A stretch of 64,000 nt of DNA from IMG/VR virus record IMGVR_UViG_3300045988_067909, one strand, 5' to 3'. Shown one piece after another: positions 11,001 to 18,462 of this stretch. The stretch comes from a virus. Made by a program: the position numbers and the translations under genes. The stretch's first letter is position 1, and every line of letters starts with the position of its first letter. The notes beneath the pieces were generated by a model, which worked only from the letters and a program-made list of their open reading frames with translations, searched no databases and was not told the DNA's origin.

Positions 11001-14000
11001 GTCGGTGCTGTATTGGATAAAGCTACAGGTGGTGGTTCTACTGCAGCTGAAGCTGGTGGTGGAGCTGTTACTGATGCAGGTAAAGCTGCTGTTAAGAATG
11101 AATCCAAATTATCTCAAATTGCAAATAAGATGAGTAAAACTGCCGAATCCACTAAAGGTATTGCTGGTAAGATATTCAGCTGGGTTTCTAACGGTGTAAC
11201 TTCCATGCTTAATAAGATTGGTAGTGTTATGCCTAATAAAGAAGTTGCTGGACGTATAGCTAAGATGGCAGGTGAAGCTGGTAAACGTGTAGCTGGTACT
11301 TTGATTAAACGTGCTGCTGCTGGTATTGCTAAGCTAGCTTCTAAAGCATTAGCTGTTGGTGCAGGTGTCGGTGCTGTATGGGTAGCTTATGACGTTATCT
11401 CTGGTATCGTTGGTGGTGTATGGGATTGGTATAATATTGCTGATATCGCATATGATGCTAATGTGGATACTGGTGTTAAAGTTATAGCTGGTGCTTCTCG
11501 TACTATCAGTAATATTTGTCTTAACTTAATCGACGAACAAGATATCTTTAATGTATTGGCCGGTATATTCTATGATATGACACCATTCCGTGAAGATATT
11601 AAACGTCGTATTCAAGAGTACAATGATAATCCTGATACTCACCCTAAAGGTGCTCCATCTAAAATCTCTACAGCTAAAGAATACAATGATATCTTTGCTA
11701 AAGGACTTTGGGATAAAGCTAAAGAAACTGCTAAAGATGTCAAAGACTGGGTTAGCGATAAAATCGATAGTGCTAAAGAAACAGTTAAAAGTGTAGCTGC
11801 TAATCTAGCTGGTAAAGCATCCAACGAAGCTCAATATGTATGGAATAAAGCTAAAGATGTAGCATCTTCGGCAACTAACGCTATAGGTAACGAGCTATTA
11901 TATATTGGTGGTAAAGCTATGACTGGTGTCGAATGGTTATCAGCCAAAGCTCAACCAATCTTAACCATGTTTGGTAAAGCTGGTGAATTAGTAGTTAACG
12001 GTATGAAAGCTGTCGGTATTACAGTAAAAGACACTGTCGGTAAAGTTACAGGATTCTTAGGTGATATGGTACAAGGCGCAAACCAATGGCTCAAATCCAA
12101 AGGTATTGATATTGGAGCTATTCCTGGTAAAGTAACTCAAGCTGCTGGTGATGCTTGGTCATTCTTGAAAACTGGTGCTAGTACTATAGCTGATAAAGTT
12201 TCTAATGAGTATACCTATGTAAAAAATGGTATAGCTAATAACTTAACTTGGGCTAAGAATGGTCTAATGTCTATTGGCCAAGGTATAGCAGACCGTATAG
12301 GTGGTAACCAAACATCTAAAACAGGTCAAAGTAAATATGGTCGTGGTGCTTTCTTTAAACAAAACGATCCATTATTTGCTAACTTACCATATCAAAACTC
12401 TACTGAGTCTACTGGACAAACAATTGGTGATTCTGGTTGTGGTCCTATAGCTGGTGTTAATGCTATTATAGCAGCTAAACATGGTATGGGTGGTGCTGAT
12501 CCTGTATCTGCAGTAAATTATGCTGCTAAGAATGGTTATAAAGAAACTAATGATGGTACTAAACCTGGATTCTTTAAATCATATGCTAAATCCCAAGGTA
12601 TGGATGCAGATAACTTGTCTAAATCCAATGTAGCTGATAGCTTAATGAGTGGTGGTTCGGTTGTATTATCAGGTAAAAGCCGTAATGGTAAATTATCATC
12701 TGATCATCCATTTGGTCCTAACCCTCACTATGTAACTGCTACAGACTATGATGCTAAGTCTAAAACTGTAACTATCCAAGACCCTGAAGAACCTGGCGAT
12801 AACTATAGATACCCTATTGGAAGTGTATTGAATAATACTGATACCGCTATTGGTATTAGTAAACGTGGACGTTCTAAGAATACTCTTCGTCGCTTAGGAC
12901 ACGGTAAATGGGGTATGGGTAGAACATTCGTTCCTCGTTGGGGCCATGGTAAGTTCGGCAGAGGTGATGGTGGTGCTGGTCCACAAATTCTTCAAATGCT
13001 TACACAGTTAGGATTTAATAAGATTGCTGCTTGTGGTATCCTTGGTAACATGATGCAAGAATCTAAATTATATCCTGATATTGTTGAGGGTGGTAGTCAT
13101 GCTCCAGAAATTAGTGTAGATGGTGCTACAGGTTATGGTTTATGCCAATGGACAGATGCTGGTCGCCAACAAGGATTGGCTGATTTCGCTAAATCTAACG
13201 GTAAATCCTCATCTGACCCAGGCGTACAGTGCTCTTACATTGCTCAAGAATGTAATAAAATGGGTATTACTACTAGCTTGAATGATTGTGCTAGTGCATC
13301 CGATGCAGCATACTTATTCCATAAAGAATATGAAATATCTTCTGATAGTAAAGAAGCAATACAAAGTCGTCTAGACTGGGCTGAAGAAGCTTATGCTAAC
13401 GATGGTGCAATAGCTGGTTCTAATGGTAACCTTTCCTCTAGTGGTGTTATCGGCGGAGCTGCTGGTGGAGCCGGTGGTGGTCAACAAGGTAACTTATTGA
13501 TGAAAGCTATCTTTGGTGATGCTGGTGATAAGATTACTCAAGCTTATAATGCTTTCTTCGGTTCTCCTGGTGGTGGAGCCGGTGGTGGTATGTCTGGTGG
13601 TGTAGTTGGTAGTGGTAATACTAAAGCCGCATCTAACTGGGCAGACTCTATGGTTAATAGCCAAGGGTATGGTAATAACGGTTGTAGTACATTCGTTAAT
13701 AAATACCTAGAGCAAGCTGGTGTAAAACAAATCAATATGTACGTTCCGACTGCAGAAGAAGAGGCTAAACAAAACAAGCCTTACTCATTTAAACCTGCAT
13801 CTGCTGGCGGTAATGAAGGTGACGTAGCGTTAATAAATACTTTGACTAGCGATGCTGAGGCTGACCATGTAGTTATCGCTGACGGTAAAGGTGGTTATTG
13901 GGGTAACTCTTCCAGTAAAAATCTTATCGTTAAAGGTGATATTGCTAACGACTTCGGTGCTGAGAATATCAATGGTTATATCGCTACTGGTGGTGATGGA

Positions 14001-14609
14001 CAAGGTGCTGTTGCTACAGGTAGTGCTACAAGATCTCAAGCGGATATTCTTAGAGACTCTTCATTGGATTATGGTGCTGGTAAATACGGTAGAGCTAAAG
14101 GTATCAGTAAATCTAAACAAATTAAGATTGAAGGTAATGCTGCGGTTAAAGCGGCAGCTGCTTATGCTAAACAGCAAAAGAAATCTAAATTTGGTAAAGG
14201 TTCTGGTATCTGGGATGCTGTATTGTCTGGTGTATCTTCATACTATACACAAAAACAAGCATCTCAATCTACAGGAGATACAGCTAATATCAATGTGACA
14301 CAAACACCAGCTACTGGTAGTTTAACACCAGAGCAAATCATGCAGTTATTACAAGCTATCATTTCATTGCTTGGACAAATTGCTACTAACACTGCAGGAG
14401 GTAATGCACAAACAGCTCCGGCAGGATCTCAAGCAGCAATAAACCCAGCTGGTGATATCAGTAATATCTTACAATCCGTCCAAGGATTATTAGGTCAAAA
14501 CAACCAAAACTTATTATCTAAGATTGGTGGTATGATTTCTGCATTCGGTGGTGGTATGTCTGCTCAAGATAAACTATCATCTAATTTAAGAACTCTAGCT
14601 GCTAAATAA
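5019..14609 (+). CDS. Tail tape measure protein, 3196 aa, with three embedded peptidoglycan-hydrolase-like domains
   Basis: TTG start 9 nt after AAAGGAGG. N-terminal coiled-coil and Lys/Glu-rich region. Several Gly-rich hydrophobic segments (GGGAGALIGTLFAPGVGTIIGGLAGAAGN) typical of tape measure proteins. GDSGCGPIAGVNAI...H Cys/His peptidase-like motif around nt 12420-12800. Phage-tail-lysozyme signature ACGILGNMMQES...GYGLCQWTD around nt 12980-13400. CHAP-like C...H motif (NGCSTFVN...GDVALIN...ADHVVIADG) around nt 13660-13920. Gly-rich linkers and a Gln-rich C-terminus. Confidence 0.65.
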   Translation: MAKVKITNYLKNLGKSLVFATVEDTIKAEMPSATEFMSTNADTMKQVYHGIKDYKSTVKRAGQMISNTGLYQAGDFAFKSALEDLKTGNFYNQQRGDDLMMKSMGMDDFDMDFDDDFSMESDNKPSLDHDTEATIQTIEASTAASTNAIAGATVKSAEHVAGTVRQSTALMFAQQEKLFSGLNNNILGMHGTLSNIMSFNQNNLQAHLENSRKYFEESTKLNRENNAILKEMLDMQRHDFQARQKAQEEAAKRTKEKFDITNLVGPNGGINLASYFSNIKKNATDELESSELGILAGMEPDQLKMMVANPLSIIPIAIGQGIIGKNVRAQMKKLDKTLSGTFAHMLAELHKAGQERDGIAGIIGRIFGAKQEMTTKLKTDKFEKGPVPFDGITKKAIIDVIPGHLARIEAALTGNSAPVYDYESGKWTTMAKIKERRDNMEKSAKQIGLAEFKKQMEKGAITSGVTKDIDSIGSKKEFMEELSEYFFKNQTLSGYDGKYKDAANKAWDNADMSLAAKEIHDAMSNFNSMMHSIENTPHDTMLKLFDGSQKFAGKQGKGGNLSGVSLLTDDDGNGAIYYLKNIWEELRSIRAGASFGGAGKRKKPAKAKYKRGSNTNKAHVSGESKSKSSSEDGEGPILGTADQWANSADEVGYEDPDELKPDPNNILEEIFSDTDASAADKFKNVLKALYKSPRSVVAGAVGMVDKHIYKFFFKQDTGLKDKEGKPIVGFFNRMAYQLDKTFDSVVDTLKKKLLNPIKAKAKKAWKKGKEFFGGFVDEEDQEEFTNTFKDSKDGFIGSIKEQFASVKKDIFKEDTEMKLASQSKQSRSVFMNKLESMLDNAVTKDEADSIKKRINKAKRLFKEKENEEDKEEKAKLEQNYNGTLNVPAYSLTTVSPGEAIIPADQNPFNPDRDKADRSKDRYEEDKLKRKFIGADGQEILSHADGTSSFGKAGKFARGKLNALWKDGFGRIGDMIKETLGSDAFKNWNEKDRDLFMNPAKLAGKGLAGGGAGALIGTLFAPGVGTIIGGLAGAAGNILRESETVKGWLFGQIGKDGTRQGGVFSRKTQALMKKYLPDMGAWGTVGSVAGLLTGFGPVGGAMLGAAIGFAKNNQSISDKLFGTQLKDKDGHIIGRANNGILSKKQQAFLKKSYKTMLPGALAGLVLDPTGGFLTNIAFGAGGSLLLTSDKFQNFMLGKRGFDGKRRGGVVGKLESALTAPIKLFAKSITDTKEGWIGKSIVKPTATLFKGLAGEIKMAWRKTNIMDVIGTAWRKAIEKTVGIPFMHKLEESFLKPLKSKIGSWIGSIFKPIKAGGSWLKGKVAAGFGKLGEAGDLLIDRQQMQGLGAALGMSARERLERGQQRGLDGYKYQTMDTKLVGMDAGQLNTYRNSLYAMLDGDQIHDHKVDTIKAARERFYGNKRDLENGWTKKGADEIAVALDKGEPWIKIKKIILDHHLPSETEEFLLREARKTYDEVTAMTDMQKISAEERAKIQAETEKSLGLEEGALNSRSTTNDILSTVNNELSERDVDETLGSKTEVVNEKIVTAMDTSVQYLDKMNLQLANIASLIYSGKPINDDIMREYNINKNGTATPEDAASADASLPTGYTKSGDKYYDAQGREVVKTTDGGFKLADTESNSDIKKEAEAKEKREDERFEKLEESIDKKNGKDDDKKKDKDKGGIFGKLKGALAGLIGLGGSMGGLLMNLGKGVAGAGIVGLFAPQLIKAMPAIIEAVKENAKPIADSVSSVVTEVIPQITKNLFHSMADFITDPKVGIVSKLIGTVAVGGLMAKAVWPLVNVGKTIFSMGKGLFTWFRGSSKKTETEMAIAANAMNRAAAAMELMAATGGKGGPNYSQMAKNMGLSGDISPGGGYGKPGKKVPGKKPGGLKGKLGGFFSKFGGPKTKLAASIAATVGLDYALDSMTASAAEPETMDPSMAGYDTTGNGDIPVGANYDASSEEVQQATQNVDSDDKGGYGVTDIAMDAGQWYLTDKAVGAVLDKATGGGSTAAEAGGGAVTDAGKAAVKNESKLSQIANKMSKTAESTKGIAGKIFSWVSNGVTSMLNKIGSVMPNKEVAGRIAKMAGEAGKRVAGTLIKRAAAGIAKLASKALAVGAGVGAVWVAYDVISGIVGGVWDWYNIADIAYDANVDTGVKVIAGASRTISNICLNLIDEQDIFNVLAGIFYDMTPFREDIKRRIQEYNDNPDTHPKGAPSKISTAKEYNDIFAKGLWDKAKETAKDVKDWVSDKIDSAKETVKSVAANLAGKASNEAQYVWNKAKDVASSATNAIGNELLYIGGKAMTGVEWLSAKAQPILTMFGKAGELVVNGMKAVGITVKDTVGKVTGFLGDMVQGANQWLKSKGIDIGAIPGKVTQAAGDAWSFLKTGASTIADKVSNEYTYVKNGIANNLTWAKNGLMSIGQGIADRIGGNQTSKTGQSKYGRGAFFKQNDPLFANLPYQNSTESTGQTIGDSGCGPIAGVNAIIAAKHGMGGADPVSAVNYAAKNGYKETNDGTKPGFFKSYAKSQGMDADNLSKSNVADSLMSGGSVVLSGKSRNGKLSSDHPFGPNPHYVTATDYDAKSKTVTIQDPEEPGDNYRYPIGSVLNNTDTAIGISKRGRSKNTLRRLGHGKWGMGRTFVPRWGHGKFGRGDGGAGPQILQMLTQLGFNKIAACGILGNMMQESKLYPDIVEGGSHAPEISVDGATGYGLCQWTDAGRQQGLADFAKSNGKSSSDPGVQCSYIAQECNKMGITTSLNDCASASDAAYLFHKEYEISSDSKEAIQSRLDWAEEAYANDGAIAGSNGNLSSSGVIGGAAGGAGGGQQGNLLMKAIFGDAGDKITQAYNAFFGSPGGGAGGGMSGGVVGSGNTKAASNWADSMVNSQGYGNNGCSTFVNKYLEQAGVKQINMYVPTAEEEAKQNKPYSFKPASAGGNEGDVALINTLTSDAEADHVVIADGKGGYWGNSSSKNLIVKGDIANDFGAENINGYIATGGDGQGAVATGSATRSQADILRDSSLDYGAGKYGRAKGISKSKQIKIEGNAAVKAAAAYAKQQKKSKFGKGSGIWDAVLSGVSSYYTQKQASQSTGDTANINVTQTPATGSLTPEQIMQLLQAIISLLGQIATNTAGGNAQTAPAGSQAAINPAGDISNILQSVQGLLGQNNQNLLSKIGGMISAFGGGMSAQDKLSSNLRTLAAK

Positions 14610-14662
14610 GTTTTGTTGTAAATTATTACAATACTAACAAATTCAGTAATTGTATATCTCAT

Positions 14663-14720
14663 ATATGGGTAGGGTATCTACTATTATTCTACCCATATAC
14701 TACTTTTGTAACTTTTTACA
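14663..14720 (+). terminator. Hairpin TATATGGGTAG-loop-CTACCCATATA followed by a T-rich tract
   Basis: 11-bp stem 54 nt after the tape-measure stop, followed by CTACTTTTGTAACTTTTTAC. The ATGGGTAG/CTACCCAT stem recurs at 30352 and 59413. Confidence 0.55.
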
Positions 14721-14842
14721 AGCTACATAACAAAAAAATACAATCTTCTAAGATAATCGTTATAGAATATGGTATTCATATTCTACGATGGAGCCTGTCT
14801 CAAAGAATAACTGTCCACGTTAATCATTATTATCTTAGAGCT

Positions 14843-15075
14843 GGGCGAAAATATTAAAGTATTTATGTATTTTCTCCCCCACTTGTCCACTGCTCTCAAG
14901 CGTCTTATTCTCCTTTTGTCTCCTGGAAAAACACATGTTTTTCATGGGGGAGAGAGGGAGGTAGGGGGCTTGGGGGTGGTGGGCAAGTGGGGGAAGAAAA
15001 TACGTAAGTATTTTCGAGCGGCCTTGAAAGCCGGGCGAGAAAATACTTACGTATTTTCTAAAAATTTTTTATTGA
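14843..15075 (+). ncRNA. Candidate structured RNA or regulatory element. A long G-rich imperfect hairpin (14867-15003) followed by two 20-nt perfect palindromes.
   Basis: The pyrimidine-rich arm (TTTTCTCCCCCACTTGTCCACTGCTCTCAAGCGTC...) pairs with the purine-rich arm (...GGGGGCTTGGGGGTGGTGGGCAAGTGGGGGAAGAAAATAC) over about 48-58 bp. Many pairs are G.U wobbles, which form only in the plus-strand transcript. The apex loop is AAAAACACATGTTTTT. GC content here is far above the roughly 35% of the window. The element ends in the T-run at 15065-15070. Confidence 0.35.
14996..15058. promoter_or_regulatory. Two copies of the 20-nt palindrome GAAAATAC-N4-GTATTTTC (14996-15015 and 15039-15058) flanking a 23-nt GC-rich mini-hairpin spacer
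   Basis: Copy 2 is the exact reverse complement of copy 1. A third, degenerate copy (GAAAATA-N14-TATTTTC) lies at 14847-14875. The repeats look operator-like, or form a large stem-loop immediately before a T-run. Confidence 0.4.
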
Positions 15076-15179
15076 AAAAGATAAAAAATGTAGTATAAAA
15101 TTAGTACAAAATATAGAAAAAGTATAAACCTCTATAGTATATAAAATAAGCTACTGTATATAAAATTATTACAAAGAAA

Positions 15180-15208
15180 CTCAGATAGAATAATATATTC
15201 TATCTGAG
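15180..15208. repeat. Perfect 29-nt palindrome CTCAGATAGAATAATATATTCTATCTGAG
   Basis: Seen directly. It lies in a non-coding region that also carries GTATATAAAAT direct repeats (15137-15165). Confidence 0.6.
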
Positions 15209-15542
15209 ATAATTTTTCTATATAGAAGATAAAATAAAACTCTCTATAGAAAGAAAGTGTATATACTCTACTCAGGAGATAAACAAACTACTTCTATTTT
15301 GTAGAGTATCATAATACTTAGGAAATTATATAAGGGTGGACTTACGTCGAGTCGCAGCTTCTAAGGCTGCTCCTCTCCTAGTCCACCATTATCTAATTAT
15401 CTTAAGTAGTATCATGATCTATTTTTTACTTTATGCTGACGCAGTTAAATTATATAACTATAGGGGTAAACAGTTTGTCTCTGTAGCAACTAATTATTAT
15501 ATAAGCAAAAATTATTCTACACAAAGAAAGGATATTCTAATT

Positions 15543-16445
15543 ATGCAATTTGATTATGAGATTCTAGATAGAATAGAATTAGATAGACCAATGATTATTG
15601 TATTCGAAGGAGTAGATGGAAGTTTTAAGAATACTCAAGCTAATCTACTAATGGATTATATCGAAGAGAATATTACAAGCAAAGTAGTTATGTTTCAGTT
15701 TCCTAACTATGGTAGTCCATCCAGTTATAATCTAACAGATTATTTCAAATCTAGTAAGCTATACAAATCTGAAGATAACTTCGAGTATGTAATCAGTCCA
15801 TTAGCAGAGTCTGCATTATTCATTACAGATATCTTCACTACGTTTAATAGTAAACAAGAACTAGATAACGTACGTACATTCTTTAATGATAACTATATTA
15901 TCATTATGGACAGATACTTCTATTCAAATATCTATTACCAATTAGCTAAACGTGTAGTAAGCAAGATGAAGCATATGCCTAGTGGATATTTGAGTTCAGT
16001 TAAATATAAAGAATCCCAAGGAATAGATTTCTCCATTATGAAAGAGATGGTAAAGAAACTAGCAGATGGATTCTTATTACCTAAAGCAGACTTAATCTTT
16101 AAGATGCATTACAAAGATACTAGTGTATTGAAAGAGACTATCGAAGCAAGGGCTAAAGAACAGACTGACCGTAATGATGAAATTAATGATGGTCAATATA
16201 CGATGCTAGATATAGCAAATGATATCTTAGCTAGATCTTTATTAGATGAAGAGCAATGTTTAGAATCCAAAGAAACAGATGTAGTCGTAGATATCCAACG
16301 AATGGATATGGAATCATCTAAGATTGTATACAGAACCAAAGAAGATATTAACAATGAAATCGTTAAAGTATTCTTAGAAAGAATTGGACAAGATGAAGAT
16401 ACTAAAGAAGATACAGAACTTAATGTCCACCAAGGAGAAGAATAG
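15543..16445 (+). CDS. Thymidylate kinase or dNMP kinase-like protein with a degenerate P-loop
   Basis: IVFEGVDGSFKNTQ aligns to the thymidylate-kinase P-loop (IVIEGLEGAGKTT), but GK[ST] is replaced by FKN. KVVMFQFPNYGSPSS matches the TxEPGG region. MDRYFYSNIYYQ matches DRhxxSSxAYQ. PKADLIF matches the LID segment PDLTLYLD. ATG at 15543 follows AAAGGA. The in-frame upstream extension back to the GTG at 15336 has no kinase homology. Confidence 0.55.
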   Translation: MQFDYEILDRIELDRPMIIVFEGVDGSFKNTQANLLMDYIEENITSKVVMFQFPNYGSPSSYNLTDYFKSSKLYKSEDNFEYVISPLAESALFITDIFTTFNSKQELDNVRTFFNDNYIIIMDRYFYSNIYYQLAKRVVSKMKHMPSGYLSSVKYKESQGIDFSIMKEMVKKLADGFLLPKADLIFKMHYKDTSVLKETIEARAKEQTDRNDEINDGQYTMLDIANDILARSLLDEEQCLESKETDVVVDIQRMDMESSKIVYRTKEDINNEIVKVFLERIGQDEDTKEDTELNVHQGEE

Positions 16446-17241
16446 ATTAATCACAGAAGATATTGAGACTACAAGTCAAACAGTATCCTTGCTATTCTTT
16501 CCAGACTTACCAGAGAAATATCCAGTAGCATCAGCAGAGAACTATCACTTCTTATTCGCTGTAGATGGAGATACCATAAACAAAGAACAAAAGATGTACT
16601 TACAGTTATACCAAATATCAGATAACTTAATATCTTTGAATCTTAAAGAGTATATAGATATCATTACAGATATACGTATACAGAATGAGGACTCCATCTT
16701 ATATAGACTAGCTACATACTTTGGGGTTATAGAAGAAGATACCATCGAAGGGATATATGAGTTCATTCGTTTACGTGGTTATGTAAATACTTTAGAACCA
16801 GTAGAAGAAGATGACATCTTATATTTTAATATACCAGACATAGAAGACATATCCAAGAACTACATGGTTGGTAGAGAAGATACAGATTGGATATTAGACC
16901 CTTCGATGATATATCTGCAAGTCAGACTAATGGACATTAGATTAATTGATTTATTAATTCTATCTACATTAGCCAAGAATTGCATCTACAAGCAATTATC
17001 TACATCTTCCAGTGGGGATACACAGGAGACATCGTATATTTGCGAATTAGCAATATCATACCGTTCTATTCTTACCAATAAAGATACAATTGGGAAGACT
17101 ATATTAAAAAATATATACAAAAATATTGAAAATATAGACTATTTTGAGAAGTATTTAGATAGTAAGATACGTACAGAGATTTATAATGCAAAGCTAGCTA
17201 ATGGTAGTGAAGTAGAAGAAGTATTGGAGGACTTAGACTGA
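16393..17241 (+). CDS. Hypothetical protein, acidic
   Basis: 283-codon ORF overlapping the end of the kinase-like gene by about 50 nt in another frame. The start is uncertain: ATG at 16393 or at 16423. Confidence 0.5.
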   Translation: MKILKKIQNLMSTKEKNRLITEDIETTSQTVSLLFFPDLPEKYPVASAENYHFLFAVDGDTINKEQKMYLQLYQISDNLISLNLKEYIDIITDIRIQNEDSILYRLATYFGVIEEDTIEGIYEFIRLRGYVNTLEPVEEDDILYFNIPDIEDISKNYMVGREDTDWILDPSMIYLQVRLMDIRLIDLLILSTLAKNCIYKQLSTSSSGDTQETSYICELAISYRSILTNKDTIGKTILKNIYKNIENIDYFEKYLDSKIRTEIYNAKLANGSEVEEVLEDLD

Positions 17242-18413
17242 TGAGAAAATACGCACAGATTTATAAACAAAAAGTCGTATTCTTAACAGAAACAACTCTT
17301 ACCTTAGATGAGGTAAGAAGTAACTTCGGTGACGAAGCTATTTGGCTAGACGTAACTGGTTTAGCTGATGTCGGTATTGGTTACATTCAAGGGTTAGATG
17401 CTGATGGTAAATTTACATTAGTTCCACCAACAGTTGATGATATGAATAATGTAACCGAAAAAGAACGTAGAGCTAAGATTATGCTTATTCTTATGACTAA
17501 TCTTAAAGCTAAGTATAATAAGATTGCTATGGAAAATGGATTTGTATCCATTGACGATGCTTTAATCGCAACTATTATTAATGATGCTATGGAAGCAGAT
17601 ACATCTGTAGCAAGTAAACTTGGAGAAGACTATTATAAACAACGTGCATTAGTACGTAATTACTTCTCCACTGAGCATTACCAATATTACAAAGGAGATT
17701 ACCAATTCTTCCGTTTAGGTGATATTGATAGAATTCTTGAAGATGCTAAACCAGCTGTAGTTGAAAAAGAAAAACCTGAAGTACATGAACCTGTAGCAGG
17801 TACACCATCCCCAGCAAACCCACCAGGATTTGATAATCATAATAATATCGTTGACGATATTCCTGAATTACCACCATTACCTGAAGAAAGTCATCATAGC
17901 GTACCTACAGTTCCTACGAATGATGATAATACTGGTGATATCCCTGAACTTCCACCATTACCTTCTGGTGATACTAATGATGCTACAGGTGGAGATATTC
18001 CTGAGTTGCCACCATTACCACCTACAGATGGAAGTACAGAAACTACTCCGCATGAAAATGAACCAGGTAGTGCATCTCCAGCTGAACCTCCAGCTCCTCC
18101 TAGTGAAGATGAAACTGTTCCAGAATTACCTAAAGAACCTGATGCTGGTACAGTAGTTAAACCACCTACAGTTGGTGATGATGATATTCCACCATTACCA
18201 CCAACAGAAGAGCTACCTAGTACAGGAGAACCAGGAACTGTTCCAACTGAATCTAAACCTAAGATTCCTACAACAATGCCAGATGGTTCTCCTATTCCAC
18301 CTAATGCTACAGTAGATCCTAAGACTGGTATCATTACAGTTGATTCTGAGGACTTTGTAACTGAATATTATCCAGATGGTAGAACGTCTGTGTCTGCCAA
18401 GGACCGTTTATAG
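17241..18413 (+). CDS. Hypothetical protein with a C-terminal Pro-rich tandem-repeat region (DIPELPPLP, 4 copies)
   Basis: ATG overlaps the upstream stop (ATGA arrangement). Globular N-terminal 170 aa, then four DIPELPPLP repeats in a Pro/Thr/Glu-rich tail. Confidence 0.7.
   Translation: MRKYAQIYKQKVVFLTETTLTLDEVRSNFGDEAIWLDVTGLADVGIGYIQGLDADGKFTLVPPTVDDMNNVTEKERRAKIMLILMTNLKAKYNKIAMENGFVSIDDALIATIINDAMEADTSVASKLGEDYYKQRALVRNYFSTEHYQYYKGDYQFFRLGDIDRILEDAKPAVVEKEKPEVHEPVAGTPSPANPPGFDNHNNIVDDIPELPPLPEESHHSVPTVPTNDDNTGDIPELPPLPSGDTNDATGGDIPELPPLPPTDGSTETTPHENEPGSASPAEPPAPPSEDETVPELPKEPDAGTVVKPPTVGDDDIPPLPPTEELPSTGEPGTVPTESKPKIPTTMPDGSPIPPNATVDPKTGIITVDSEDFVTEYYPDGRTSVSAKDRL
17856..18210 (+). 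repeat. Coding tandem repeats GATATTCCTGAATTACCACCATTACC (period about 57-80 nt, 4 copies)
   Basis: Direct nucleotide repeats encoding DIPELPPLP. Confidence 0.7.
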
Positions 18414-18462
18414 GCCTTGGAGAACATCACTATAAGCTCACACCAAAAGGAGGTGGTTTGTA

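Noticed and set aside
14865-15098. 77-aa ORF (MYFLPHLSTALKRLILLLSPGKTHVFHGGEREVGGLGVVGKWGKKIRKYF...) spanning the G-rich element
   Set aside because: It has no ribosome-binding site. Its composition simply mirrors the C-rich and G-rich hairpin arms. The strand-specific G.U pairing favours an RNA or DNA element rather than a protein.
15336-15542. In-frame N-terminal extension of the kinase-like ORF from a GTG at 15336
   Set aside because: The extension has no kinase homology. The ATG at 15543 aligns with the start of thymidylate-kinase proteins and has an AAAGGA ribosome-binding site.
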